Shown: positions 1-14,043 of the stretch, in pieces | Layout of the letters: each line of letters opens with the position of its first letter | How positions within the stretch are numbered: the first letter of the stretch is position 1 | Assembly (NCBI GenBank): GCA_046563655.1 | Contig: CM102286.1 | Coordinates: forward strand, 496,001-560,000 | Length of the DNA: 64,000 nt | Direction: 5' to 3' | Source: Yuukianura sp. NJ FZ-2021 | Lineage: Eukaryota | Program-made: the position numbers and the translations under genes | Notes under the pieces: model-generated | The model's input: only the letters and a program-made list of their open reading frames with translations | Databases searched by the model: none | What the model was told of the DNA's origin: nothing

Positions 1-16
1 TTGCGATCACAACGAC

Positions 17-2096
17 ATGGATTCCATCCCAAATGAAGTAGGCTCAACTTACTTAATTTACAAATTCAATTTTCTTGATTTTCCCATAACCTTAATGCTA
101 ATTAAGTAAAGGTTTTTGATCAAAAATATTTAATGTTTATATATTGCGCCTGTTTCAAGGAAACATTATTTTTTCCATGTACATTACCACAGCTTGTTTC
201 AGATACTGCTTCCAATCATTGGTTCTTTGGGAGAGAAAGAAGTTCCCAAGATGCGTCTTGTTAGTAGCCGCTTCAACCTACTAGCAACGGAATGTGTACA
301 AAAATTGTACCGCGTCAAGTTCACAGAGGACTCTGACATTGCCAAATTTGTGACAATGTTTGAAAACAAAGCGGTTGTGCCGTTTGAACGGTTTGAGTTC
401 ACTGAAACTCTTTTGGTGTATGGCCAGCCTTTGGAGCAGTTTTGTCTCCAGTTTGGGAAAATTGTTAAATACTGGGAAGTTCTTGGGTACAATTGTCCTG
501 AATCGTTAGGAGGGAATTCCCTTTCAAAAAACACGCAAATTCTACTGGAAAACTGCGACAACGTAGAAGAAATCTCAATTAAGGCTTACAGAGATAAGGA
601 ACTTGGGAAATTTACTAACATTCCTGTATTCCGAAATTTGAAGACCATTACAGTCTCGTGGTTCGACATGGAGAACAAAGAATTCCTTCCTCTTCTTCAT
701 CAAATTGTTGAAAATGCTCCAAATCTGCAGTATGTTCCCATCGATCTTCTGTCAAACTGCATGGCCTCGTTTGACCTTGTCATTTTCCGAGACATTTTAA
801 ATCAACTGCACAAAATGAACGGAATAGTCCACATCAAAGAGTTAATGCTCTTCACTACTCTTGACCTTCTGCTAACAAATATTGGTGACCTCCAAAAGTT
901 GTTTACAATTTCAACAAAATTTAATATTGTTGAGTTGGACTTGCACATATTTGAAATGGGTCGCGACCCAGAACAATTACCTCAGCAAGTAGAACTTTTG
1001 TCAAGATGGATTCAACAGTTAACGACTGTTCGCACGTTTAATTTGACATACTCTGGCTCGCTGTATGACAATGCTCTTGACCTTCCTCAAGTGCCAATTG
1101 CTCTGCCAAACTATCTGCATGCCAATGTGGAATGTTTGTACCTAAAGGTTAAGAATTTAGCATTATACGTTCCTGTCCCAAGTCAACCAACGGAGTTTCC
1201 AGCTCTCACAGTGCTCGTCTGCAATCTACGCGTCACGAACAACTTCATTTTTTCTGGCTGCGTTTTTCCAAATGTAAAAATTGCACAAATCTATTTAAAT
1301 ACAGAAGAAGAGTGTGAGGAGTGGCCACGCATGTTGCCAAATGTAGAAGAATTGTTTGTGAGCTCTAAAACGCTGAAGGGGATTTTCCGATTTCCAAAGT
1401 TATGGAAACTGGACATCTCAATTGATTCTGGATCAAATCCTGATGATTATCGTCAGGTTCGTAAAGAACATTGGAAAAACCTTACGGGTAGAGCTATTTC
1501 AAACAGGAGAATTGGCTGTTTTCGTTTAAAATATCACGACATCTCGATGGAGACATTTCGGAATTTGCCGCGTGAGTGTCATAATGTTTTGTTATTGTTT
1601 TTTATTGATTTTATTATGTTTGTTATTAGTTTTGAATTTAATTTCGAGGATTTATTCGATAAACTTTGGTTTATTTTAGTACTGACGCATTTAAGGTTTA
1701 CCAACGAAACGGTTGAATGTTGGAAGGGAATTGTTTACGCAAGAAGAACTGGACAATTACGATGCCTTGAAAAACTTACTTTCAGTCAGGAGTTTATCAT
1801 TGTGAGTGTTGAATCACTTTTAATAAAATAGTTGCTAAACTATTACTAAAATATTAATCCTACCGTTGAAAGAATATTAAAATGTTGGAAATCAAATAAT
1901 AATTATGACGAATTGTGGTTAAAAACTGAATACATATTGAAATGTAAAGTTTCAATTTCAGGAGGAGCCATACCACACGGAATTGATGATGCTGCAACCC
2001 TTATGGTGCTTCCGCCCTTGCCCCTTAACAGAATTCGGTTTCAGAGAAATGTCGTTTTTTGAGTTTAGACCAGCCCCCTGGAAATGTCGCCCATAG
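17..2096 (+). CDS. F-box protein with LRR-like C-terminal region, copy 1 (exons 17-37, 203-1571, 1680-1801, 1962-2096)
   Basis: Spliced N-terminus MDSIPNE|ILLPIIGSL...MRLVSSRFNLLA matches the F-box pattern. GT-AG introns keep the frame, and the structure is shared with two paralogs. Confidence 0.75.
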
Positions 2097-2928
2097 CAAC
2101 CAACGCAATTTTTGCTTGTGACGTCACCCACTGAAAAAATACCGTAATCGTGAAATTGGAACCCGCTAGCATCTATGTAAACAAAATGTCTCCTACGGGT
2201 TTCTGTAGGACACCATCATTAATGCGCAGAATTCCTGTATTTTTCAGCGAGTGACGTCATTTTTTTTTCACATGGCAACCAAGCAAACTTTCCATTCGCA
2301 CTACCTAGTAGTATTCTATTTACCTTGAGTTTAGACTTAAATATTTATGAGAAGGCTATTTTTTCTAGGAAACTTTTTGAAGCAGATTCATGTCCATCAG
2401 TAGGACCTAGCGTTCAGTAGTATAACACAAAATGTAAAAATGTTGGGTACAACTCCACCTTAGGATTTTTAAAATCTTCGCCATTCTGCATTATTTTGTC
2501 AAATGACGTCGACGTCCTCCAGACCAATTCTAATAAGTCATTGGAATGATTTTTGATTTTTTTTTCACTTGATTTGTTGTTCAACGCATTTTTCCATTAA
2601 GTCACAAACTAAAAGTCAGCTCTTAAAAATTAGATAAAACTAGAAATCAGTGATTTGTACTTTGAACTGTGTCTACTACGCCAATCAGCACAACAGGTAC
2701 TCTCCTGTATCAATATTCACAGTACTTCCAGTCTAAAACTTCTATCAGTCAGTCCGAACTCTTGAAAACTTGAACAAAAGCTTTTTGCGGCATTACCTAA
2801 AACGCGCACTTAATTTCCCAGAAAGCGAACTTAACGATTAACGAACGACCAGAAATCATAACCATCACACAGAGTGTACTACAGAAGTTAATTCGTTGAA
2901 TTACGGACCTCCTTGTGATCACAACGAC

Positions 2929-5297
2929 ATGGATTCTATCCCAAATGAAGTAGGTTCAACTTTCTTAATTTACTTGAACGAAATTTACCAATTCAACAAT
3001 TCCTAGAGCAAATTATTTGTACTCGATGATGGCCTGACTTTGAAAATTAATGCTGATTTTAAGTGCCAATTTCCTGATTCGACGCAGTTCTTAGGTTAGG
3101 ATTGGTCTGGACATGCGCGTGAGGCTCTTAATTAAAAAAAGACTGGCGTTTGAAATTACTAAGGACTGTGCAAGATCAGCACATGCGCAGTCGCATAATC
3201 TGTAATTCCAGGGGCAAAGTTAGTAGTTTTCAAAGTGAGTTGATGGTGAGGGACTGACGGCCCAAAGAAGAAATATTTATTTATAGTTCCATCTCCCCGT
3301 AATGTTAGCGAAATCAATATCTTTGACTTTAGTATTACTAAATATTTTTTGATTTTCCCATACCCTTAATGTTAATTAAATAAATATTTTGAGGTTTTCG
3401 ATTAAAGATATTTAATATTTGAATATTTCGCTTGTTTTAATGAAATATTTTTTTCATGTATATGACCAAACCTTGTTTCAGATACTGCTTCCAATCATCG
3501 GTTCTTTGGGAAAGGAGGAAATTCCTAAAATGCGTCTCGTGAGTAAGCGTTTCAACCTACTGGCAACGGAATGTGTACAAAAATTGTGTCAAGTCAAGTT
3601 CACAGAGGACTCCGACATTGCCAAATTTATCACAATGTTTGAAAACAAAACGGTTGTTCCGTTTGAAAGATTTGAGTTTAGTAACGATCTATTGGATGGG
3701 AGCCAGCCTTTGGAGCAGTTTTGTCTCAAGTTTGGGAAAATTATTAAATACTGGGGTGTGTTTGGGTTCGAGCGCTGGGTCTATCTGGAGGAGGTTTCTA
3801 TTTCAGAAAACCTGCAAATTCTACTGGAAAACTGCGTCAACGTAGAAGAAATCGACTACTCAATTGTGCTTGAGAGATATGCAGAAATCGACAAACCTAA
3901 CATTAACATTCCTGTACTCCGAAATTTGAAAACCATAATAATCATGTGGTTCAACGTCGAGAACGAAAATTTGCTTCCTCTTCTTCATCAAATTGTTGAA
4001 ACTGCTCCAAATCTACGGAGAGTTTCAATTGAAAAAATAAAATACAGTTACTCGTCACCTGTGATTCTCTGTGATACTTTAAATCAACTGTACAACATGA
4101 ACGGAACAGTTTGCATAAAAGTCTTGGATATTTCTGTTGCGCTTCCGGCGGAAAATATTGGGGACGTGCAAAAGTTGTTTACAATTTCAACACAATTTAC
4201 TATTGTTGATTTGGCCCTGAAGATACGTCTAAATGACCGTGACCTAGAAGAAATACCTCAACAAGTAGAACTTTTATCAAAATGGATTCAACAGCTAACG
4301 TCTGTTCGCATGCTTTATTTGGCATACAACAATGACATGCCGAACCGCAATGCGAATGACCCGCCAGAAGTTCCAATTGCACTGCCGCTTCATCCGCACG
4401 CGAATATAAAATGCTTATACTTGGAAGGTTTGATGTTTGCATTATACGTTCCAGTTCCAAGTCAATCAACGGAGTTTCCATCACTCACATCGCTCACCTG
4501 CAATCACGGCAATACCCATAACTTCATTTTTTCTGGATGTGTTTTTCCAAATGTGAAAGTTGCAACAATCAGTTTAAAAACGGAAGAAGAGTGTGAGGAG
4601 TGGCCACTCATGTTGCCAAATGTTGAAGAATTGTTTGTCCGCTCTAAAACGCTGAAGGGGATTTTCCGATTTCCGAAGTTAAGGAAACTGGATATCTCAC
4701 TTCGTACTGATGATGATGATGATGATAATCCTGATGACTATCTTCAGGTTTGTGAACAACACTGGGACAACCTTACAGGTGGCGCTGAGTATATTTCAAA
4801 TAGTAGAATTAGCAGTTTTCCGGTAAAGAGTATTGGCACATCGGATTCGATGGAGACATTTCGGAATTTGCCTCGTGAGTGTCATGACGTTTTGTTTAAG
4901 TTTTGAATTTAATTTTGCAGGATTATGTGTTATTTGGTTCATTTTAGTACTGACGCATTTAAAATTTTCCGGCGAAACCGTTGGGTGCTGGAAAGGAATT
5001 GCTTACGCAAGTAAAACTAGACAATTACGATGCCTTGAAGAACTTGCGTTCAGTAAGGAGTATAGCATTGTGAGTGTTGAATTGCTTAATGCTACAGTAC
5101 GAATCGAACTGTTGAAAATAATTATCACGAATGTTTGTTAAAAACTGTTTATTAATTTGTGAAATGTAAATTTGGGGTTTCAGGAGGAGCCATACCGCAC
5201 AGAACTGATGACGGACCAACCCTCATTGCGAATCTTGCCTGATCCATTTCTCTTTTTTTCTGATTTTTGGGACTGGACTGACGATTTTGATATTTAG
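2929..5297 (+). CDS. F-box/LRR-like protein, copy 2
   Basis: Same 21-nt first exon at 2929, long exon (ORF 3419-4906), and last exon 5184-5297 homologous to copy 1. Confidence 0.75.
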
Positions 5298-6318
5298 AGA
5301 GTAATTGCAAACCGAAATATTAGAGCAAATTATAGAACATAAATATAGATTATATACACTAGACTAAGGTAAACCTCAAATTTCAATTTGAAAATGTCAC
5401 TTTTCAAAAAAGTGTTTTCAAAAAATGGTCTTGTTTTCAAAAATTTAGAGTGCGAGGTGTGAGCAGGGCTTGAGAGTGGCCGACGCGTCGATTATGCCGT
5501 TGGTTGGAGAGAAGAGGACTGACTTGATTCTTAGTGATCACATCAACAGTGACTACGAACACGCTGAGCTTTAAATTTCAAAAAAAATTGAAATTTAAAA
5601 AGTTTAATTTTAGGATTTTGAATATTTAGTAAGCAAAGTCAACAGCTATAAACAAAACGTTTTTAGAAACATTTAGAAACGTTTTCTTTGTAAAAGCAAA
5701 GTTGGTCTATCCTTCAACACACCAAAAATGAAAACCGTTAAAACTTGGTTTTATTTTAACACAAAATTGCCTCTTGACTTATTAATGGTTATTCAATGTT
5801 GAAAATTTAGTCAAATGATGTCCTTACCAATCCTAATTGTATGATCAGATTGATTTTTGATTTTCTTCACTAGATTTTTTGTCGAACACAATTTTTTCCA
5901 TCAAGTCATAAACTAAAAGTTAAGTTGTTAAAATTATATGAGTCAGAAGTCAGTGAGTTGTACTGCGTCAAGTACTAGCTACGACGCAAATGAGCAAGGC
6001 AGGTAATTTCCATTATCAATTTACATAGTTCATTGGGTGATAAGTTATAGCCGTTAGCGAATGAATGAATGGCTGACTCAACCACTCAACTATTGATACT
6101 TTTCAGTCAAATAAAACTTCTATCAGGCAGTCTTGTCAGTCCAAGCTCTTCAAAAATTGAAAAAACGTTTTTTTGTGGCAGAACCTGAAACTTCGCACTT
6201 AATTTTCCAGAAAGCGAACTCGACGATTAATGAAGGACCAGAAATCACAACCATCACACAGAGTGTACTACAGAAGTGAATTCGTTGAATTAAGGAACAC
6301 ATTTCTGATCACAACGAC

Positions 6319-8499
6319 ATGGATTCCATTCCAAATGAAGTAGGTTCAACTTAACATAATTTACTTAAACTTAATTGACACACTCACCAATGCCTAAAAC
6401 AAATTAATTCATATTTGATGATGGCCTGACTTTGAAAATTAATTACCGATTTTTAAATTCGTAGTAAATAAGCCACTGCGCATGTTCTGATCCGTTGCAG
6501 TTTTTGCTAGGATTCATCTGCACATGCGCGTGACACTTTAAATAAAAAAAACATTTTACTATAAATTTTTTGATTTTCCCATTTTCTTAATATTAATTAA
6601 GTAATTATTTTATGATATCTGAAGGTTTTTGATCAAAAATATGTAACATTTAAATCTTTCGCCTGTGTTAAGGAAATATTTTTTCATGTACATGAGTATG
6701 ACCAAATCTTGTATTTCAGATACTCCTTCTAATTCTTGCTTCTTTGGAAACGAAAGTCATTTCGAAGATGCGTCTCGTCAGTAAGCGCTTCAACCTACTG
6801 GCAACGGAACGTGTACAAAAATTGTGTCAAGTCAAGTTCACAGAGGACTCTGACATTGCCAAATTTATGACAATGTTTGAGAACAAAGCGGTTGTTCCGT
6901 ATGAAAGGTTTGAGTTCACTGAAACTCTTTTGGTGTATGGCCAGGCTTTGGAGCAGTTTTGTCTCCAGTTTGGGAAAATTGTCAAATACTGGGAAGTCTT
7001 TGGGTGGAATCCGGCGGAATCGTTAGCAGAGAATTCTCTTTCAAGAAACATGGGAATTCTACTGAAAAACTGCGACAACGTACAAGAAATCTCAATTATG
7101 GCTGAGAGAAATAAGGACATCGGGAAACTTACTAACATTCCTGTACTCCGAAATTTGAAGACCATTACAATCCCGTTGTTCGAAAGCGAGAACCAAAATT
7201 TGCTTCCTCTTCTTCATCAAATTGTTGAAAATGCTCCAAATCTGCAGGATGTTGCCATTTATGATCTGGTAAACGGCAAGGCGTCGTCGCTTGTCATTCT
7301 CACAGACATTTTAAATCAACTGTACAACATGGACGAAATAGTAGTCTACATACTACGGTTGAGTACTTGGCTTGACCTTCTGCTAACAAATATTGGTGAC
7401 CTGGAAAAGTTGTTCACAATTTCAACAGAATTTAGTATTGATGAGTTGCAGTTGTGCATACGTGTAATAGATCGTGACCCGGTACGAGTACCTCAACAAG
7501 TAGAACTTTTGTCAAGATGGATTCAACAGATTCGCAAGGTTTCGTTGACATACTATGACATGCCGAATGACAATGCTCTTGACCTGCCTCAAGTTCCAAT
7601 TGCTCTGCCGCTCTATCCGCATGCGAATTTGAAACACTTGGACCTGCGGGTTGACAATTTAGTATTATACGTTCCTGTTCCAAGTCAACCAACGGAGTTT
7701 CCAGCTCTCACAAAACTCATCTGCAATCTACGCAACACCAAAAACTTCATTTTTTCTGGCTGTGTTTTCCCAAATGTGAAATTTGCTCAAATCTATTTAA
7801 AGACAGAAGCAGAGTGTGAGGAGTGGCCACGCATGTTGCCAAATGTTGAAAAATTGTTTGTCAGTTCCAAAACGCTGAAGGGGATTTTCCGATTTCCAAA
7901 GTTATGGAAACTGGACATCTCCGTTGACCGTGGCGATGATTTGTGTGGTTATCATCGGGTTCGTAAACAAAACTGGGACAACCTTACGGGTCACGATGAC
8001 ACCTCGATGGAGACATTTCGGAATTTGCCGCGTGAGTGTCAATGTGTTGTTGTCATTTTTTTATTAATTTTATTATGTTTGTTATTAGTTTTGAATTTAA
8101 TTTGGCAGGATTTATGTGATAACCTTTGGTTTATTTTAGTACTGACGCATTTAAGGTTTACCAACGAAACGGTTGAGTGCTGGACGGGAATTGTTTACGC
8201 AAGTAGAGCTGGACAATTACGATGCCTTGAAAAACTTACTTTCAGTCAGAAGTTTATTAGCATTATTGTGAGTGTTGATTTAGTTTTAATAATTACTAAA
8301 TACTACCGTTGAAAGAGTTTAAAAATGTTGGAAAAAAATAATTATGACGAATTGTGATTAAAAACTGTTTATAAATACATACTGAAATGTAAATTTTCAA
8401 TTTCAGGGGGGGCCATGCCGCACGGAATTGATGAAGTTGCAACCCTCATGGCGCATCCGCCCTTGTTCCTTAACAGAATTCGGTTTCAGAGACAAGTAA
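6319..8499 (+). CDS. F-box/LRR-like protein, copy 3
   Basis: First exon at 6319, long exon from 6720, last exon 8407-8499. Highly similar to copy 1. Confidence 0.75.
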
Positions 8500-8774
8500 G
8501 TACAAAGTTCAATGGCTTTCATGTACTTTGTTTCTTTAAATAAGTAAACAAAAGTAAATTTAAGTAAATAAAATAAATCAAATAATTTAAATAGGAAAAC
8601 CACAAAAACAATTGACAATATGTTTTGGTAATCTCATTCCGATTGTGTTTTGTGTTTGTGCCTAACCAAAATATTTACGAATATGACTCACAATTATCAG
8701 CAATTTTGAGAGAAAAAAGGAATTTGTAGCACTTTCCACTTTTATTATCTGAAAAACCGTTCATTTCACTCGTG

Positions 8775-10187
8775 TCATTTGAGATTGCTGCCATCTAATT
8801 TGAATTTGGATTGCTTAGCGGCGATTTGATACAAATTTCGAATTCCCCCGCCTCCAAACAGGTATGCAATATCCTGAAATAGTGTGGATTCAACTGCAAA
8901 TGGCGGCAGTTTGTTCAGGATTTCCTTAGGAATGTATTGGCGGAGAGGCCAAATAAATTGTAAGCCGAATTCCAAAAGGTTGTTCTGCGCACACTTCAAT
9001 GCGTCTGTGCCAAAGTAAGTCACGTGATCAACAAAGCCTAGAAAAGTGTTGAAAATGGAGTAAAGTCGACCGCGGGACAGTCCGCAGTCTGGATCTTCAT
9101 ACACTGCGGTTGAGCAGTAGTGGGCAGTAGTTCGATTCCCACTGGGGTCAAAGTTCAAAAAAAGTTCGTTGTGCTGGTGGTAGTAACCGGCGGGGAAAAT
9201 ACGGGCTGGAGCGTCATCTCGGTTGACCACTCGTACCGAAATGATGTCTAGACTGTTGATGTAGTCGACGAATGCCTTGTTGCCAGTTCGTGGTTGACCG
9301 TAAGTGTACAACTCAATGGTTGTACGCGGGAAAATGTTGTTGTACTTTAAATAAAATGTGGCGATGAGTGCCAATGCCCCTGCGAGACTATAACCTGAAA
9401 TTCAAGGTCAAAATTGAAATGTGCGAAAAGTTGAAAATTTGGACTTATTTACATTGGCGCTGTTGCCAAACGTAAATTGGATTAAATGCGTTAATGATGT
9501 TATAGCTTTACCTGTGACGATGAGTTTGTAAGTTGGGTACAAGCCGACCGTTTGCCTTATGTTTTTCAAAATGTGACCCCAATCGGCATTCACCATTTCC
9601 AGAAACCCGCTGTGAATTCTAATTTTCGTTCCGTTGACTTTGTTTAGTCTCAAGTCAAAATTCTGAATAGTATTGGCAACATTGTAGGCTTGTCGAAATG
9701 TGAGCACGATTTCTTGTCTGCGGGGATCAACTGTTACCATCCACTTCGTGTGATGTTTTAAGTTGTTGTGAATTTTAAAAATTTGAATGTGACCACCAAG
9801 AACTTTGCAATATGGACAATCCCATCTCTCTAAACTCAATTCACATGTAACTACAAGTGTGTAGTTATAGTAGTACATGACGGATTCCAGTGATGGTCTT
9901 CTGACATTGACTTGACCTGTGACGTGACCCAGATTTGACCTTTCATCTCCATTTTTCAGTTTCCAGTATCCCGATGATCTTAGTATGCTGTTTGTAGATC
10001 TCCTGAAATCTTCTACTGGATCATACTCTATTCTGGAATTTCCAGAAGGAAACAGAGACGGAAACGCACTTTTCAAAAAATGGTTAAAGAAAGTTGTACC
10101 AAAAGAAAAATTCTCCTGCCCAAACACAGGGTTGACAAAAACTAAAACAGTCAAAACTAAAATTTGAAAATGCAGAGAGAGACGCAT
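8775..10187 (-). CDS. Secreted class-3 lipase, copy 1 (intron 9395-9511)
   Basis: Signal peptide, HSGF, nucleophile motif G|YSLAG split by a phase-1 intron, YTYGQPRTGN, NRDD (Asp), DHVTYFG (His). Confidence 0.9.
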
Positions 10188-10802
10188 GGTTTCAAATGTG
10201 CGTATGCTACTCTTTACACAACAAAAAGTAAAATAAGAATAAAGTTTTGAATTTTAGTTAATTAGCTCAACGTTTTTTCCCGACTTTTACTTAAGCTTGA
10301 CCTTTGATGTTTTACGAGACAAACTTTTGGCCCAATGAACATGTTAAAGTACCGTGATCCAATTCACATCATTGTAATTTTCTTGCTATTGAATTAGCAG
10401 TTAAATTTTAACTAATTACATAATGAAAATATGAGTTACAATAAAGTAAGTTACATAAATGAAAAAAAAAACCAACAAGAGTTTGTACAATGTGAGCAAA
10501 ACTGTGAAAACAATTTTCTTATCAATAAATCTAATTCACAACACGAAAAAAACTTTTAAAAATCCCATTCATGATAAAAGAAAACGTAGAGAAAATGGCA
10601 GAAATTCTATGTATTCTTGAGACTTTTAGGTGCATTGCAAACCGGTGCTTGTCTTAAACAAAAAATTGTACAACCTGATTTTTTCAGAAAAAAATCTTCT
10701 TCCCTTCAACCGTTAAAAATAAAACTCTCAGTTTTTTTGAAATAGTTTCTACTTCTAATCACACACCAAAATTGGCATAAAAAATCGCTGATTTCGCTTT
10801 GT

Positions 10803-12499
10803 TCACTTGAGATTATAGTTCTCTAATTTTGATTTGGATTGTTGCGAAGCGATTGTATACAAATTTCGAATTCCCCCGCCCTCAAACAGGTAGGCAAGAT
10901 CCAGAAGCAAAGTAGTCTCAACTGCAAATGGCGGCAGTCTGGCCAGAAGTTCCTGAGGAATGTGCTGGCGTAGTGGCCAAATCGCTTGTAAACCAAATTC
11001 CAGAAAGTTGTTCTGCGCACACTTGATTACATCTGTGTCAAAGTAGGTCAAATGGTCAACCACGGCCAGAAGAAGGCTGAATAAGGAGTAGATTGGACCA
11101 CGGGATTGTCCGCAGTCTGGGTCTTCATATACTGCGGTTGAGCAGTAGTGGGCAGTTCGATTCCCACTGGGGTCAAAGTTCAAAAAAAGTTCGTTGTGCT
11201 GATGGTAGTAACCGAGGAAGGCTGGAGTAAACCGAGATCCAAAGTCACCTCGATTGACGACGCGGACTGAGATGATGTCTAGACTGTTGATGTAGTCGAC
11301 GAATGCCTTGTTGCCAGTTCGTGGTTGACCGTAAGTGTACAACTCAATGGCCGTACGTGGGAAAATGTTGTTGTACTTTAAGTAAAATGTGACGATGAGT
11401 GACATTGACCCGCCGAGACTATGACCTAAAATTCAAGGTCAAAAGTCAAAATTGAACTGTAACGAGGTGCGGTGTTGCCGAATTTAGAATTGAGTTAGGT
11501 GCCTTATATGAAGCAAAACGGAGATGCAATTTTTTGGGATTAAAATACTTTTTACATCAAGTTTTGGACGTAAATTTCGAATCTGAAATTTGTTCTAGCG
11601 GGCACTCGCTGTTGCCATTTTAAATCTAGATTTTGGTTACCAATTTTAAAGATCACGTTGAAAGGTCAAAGTCAGCGATGTTGAAAAAGTTAAGTTTGAT
11701 TGAAACTAAAGATTTTAAAAGTCAAGAATAGCATGAGCGTAATCGTCAAAATCAAAAGTTTTTGGTTTGTTTTATAAATATGTTTTCGCTGTTGCCAAAC
11801 TTCACTTTTGGTTGGGTTTTTACCTGTAATGATGAGTTTGTAAGTTGGGTACAAACTGATCATTTGCCTTAGGCTTTTCAAAATTTCCGCCCAATCTGCG
11901 TTGACCATTTGCAGAAACCCGTTGTGAAGAGCAAATTTCGTTCCATTGAGTTTGACCAGGCCCATGTCAAAAACCTGGAGGAAAACGCCGACATTGTAAC
12001 CAGGTCTAAATGTCAACACGATTTCTTGTCTCCGGGGATCCACAGTGACCATCCACTTCGTGTGATGTTTTAAGTTGTTGTGAATTTTAAAAATTTGAAT
12101 TTGACTACCAAGAACTTTGCAATATGGACAATCCCATCTCTCCAGACTAGATTCACACATGATCACAAGTGTGTAGTTAAAATAGTACATGACAGACTCT
12201 AGTGATGGTCTTCTGACATTGACTTGACCTGTGACGTGACCCAGATTTGACTTTTCATCTCCATTTTTCAGTTTCCAGAATCCCGATGATCTTAGTATGC
12301 TGTTTTTGGAGTTCCTGAAATCTAGTACTGGATCATACTCTGTCATGGAATTTCCAGAAGGAAAAAGAGATGGAAAAGCACTTTTCAAAAAATGGTTAAA
12401 CAGAGTTCTACCAAAAGAAAAATTTTGCTGTCCAAACCCGGTTTTTCCAAAAACTAAAACACTGAAAACTAAAATTTTCAAATTAAGAGACAGACGCAT
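10803..12499 (-). CDS. Secreted class-3 lipase, copy 2
   Basis: Two exons with spliced GHSLGG, YGQPRTGN, NRGD, DHLTYF. Confidence 0.9.
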
Positions 12500-13677
12500 G
12501 GCTTCCAAACTCCCTTTGCTAGTCGTTGCACAATGAAAATTAAAATGAAACTAAAAGTGTTTACTTTTACTTTTTTTCAGACTTTTAAACGTCTTTAAGC
12601 CTTTGATATGCTTCTTGAGGCAAGATTTGGTTTTGGCCCAATGAAGATGTTGGTAAAAGCAACCGTAATCCAATTCACATGCATTACACCCCAACTTTCT
12701 TGTGGTTCAATTAACATCTTAACTAATTAAGAGACTCACATAAACACCAAAAAACAATAATGATAAAATTAGTACAAAACAAGGAAAAATTGGGCAATTT
12801 GCCATAAAATCATTTTGTAGCAGGAAATCTAATTCACAACAACAACAAAATGTACCAAAAATCCCAGCAGTAAATGATTACCAAACTACTAAACCTAGCA
12901 ATGATAAAAACAAATTGATAAAAAAAACCTTACAATTAGAGAATTCAAAGCAAAGATCCGGGAAGCGGAATTGGATGAAGTTCACGGCCAGGGTTGTTTA
13001 AACCAAAAGAATGTTTCTTTTTTCTTAATAGGTTATGCCATATAAACTCCTCTTCTTTAAAAAATTGTTTGTTTGGAATTTTTTGCGCCATTTGTCGAGC
13101 TCGAGCCTTGTAAAGTAAATAGGATTGGCCCAAAAAGCTGTTTTTTCTTGTGTTTTTAAAAACTAGGCTTTTCATTTGCCTCACGGCAAATGAAAAGCCT
13201 AGGTTGTAGCGTAACGTAACCGAATAGATAGACTAAATTCAAAACGAAAACATCCGAGTAAAAATTAGCAAGGATACTACTGATGCAACTCCGGTTTAAC
13301 GCATCCCATTCCTTGCGTTTTCTATTTTTTGCTCCAGTGAGAGATAAGAGAAGGCTGTACCTGAACAGTACACACAGTAGCAAAGGGAAGGGGAAAGCAG
13401 GGAGCTCCCCTTGACTTTTTGTATTGGAAAGAGTGTGAGGACACAGTGACTGAGTGACGCACACCCGTTTGCTTCATTTACTTATGTTGATGATTAGAGT
13501 CAATGAAATGCAATAACCTGTGACGGAATTTCTACACGTGGCCGTTAAAGCAATTTTGGTGACGGCTAATTAATTAAATCTGCCTAGGCTCTCCAATTCA
13601 TTTGAAAAATTTTATGATTTTGAAATTTAAAAATGTTGATGTGGAATATTTAGTACACAAGAGTCATGACTCATGAG

Positions 13678-13873
13678 CAGACCTGCCAAAAATATGTAGT
13701 TCCCTTGCCTGTAATGCTAACAAAATCAATGTTTCGGATCTTTTTCTTACTAAATATTTATTTATTTTCCATTTCCTTAATGTAAAGGTCGTAAATATTC
13801 CGAACTTTTCCAGTTAATATTGCATTTATTTAAATATTTTGCTTGTTTTTAGTAAATATTTTTGGCAGAGCTG
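13678..13873. mobile_element. hAT-type MITE
   Basis: TIRs cagacctgccaaaaatat / atatttttggcagagctg. 8-bp TSD ctcatgag at 13670-13677 and 13874-13881. Confidence 0.8.
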
Positions 13874-14043
13874 CTCATGAGTCAAACAAAACGGCGTTTT
13901 TCTTGAAGAACAAATTGTAATAACAATTGATTTTTAGAACAAGTATTCTCCGTCTCTCCAACAGAAAATAAAACTCAGTTCTTAAATATTTTTATTTGAA
14001 AACTCTAAAAATTTGGCGCCAAAAATCACTGCCGTTGCTCATG

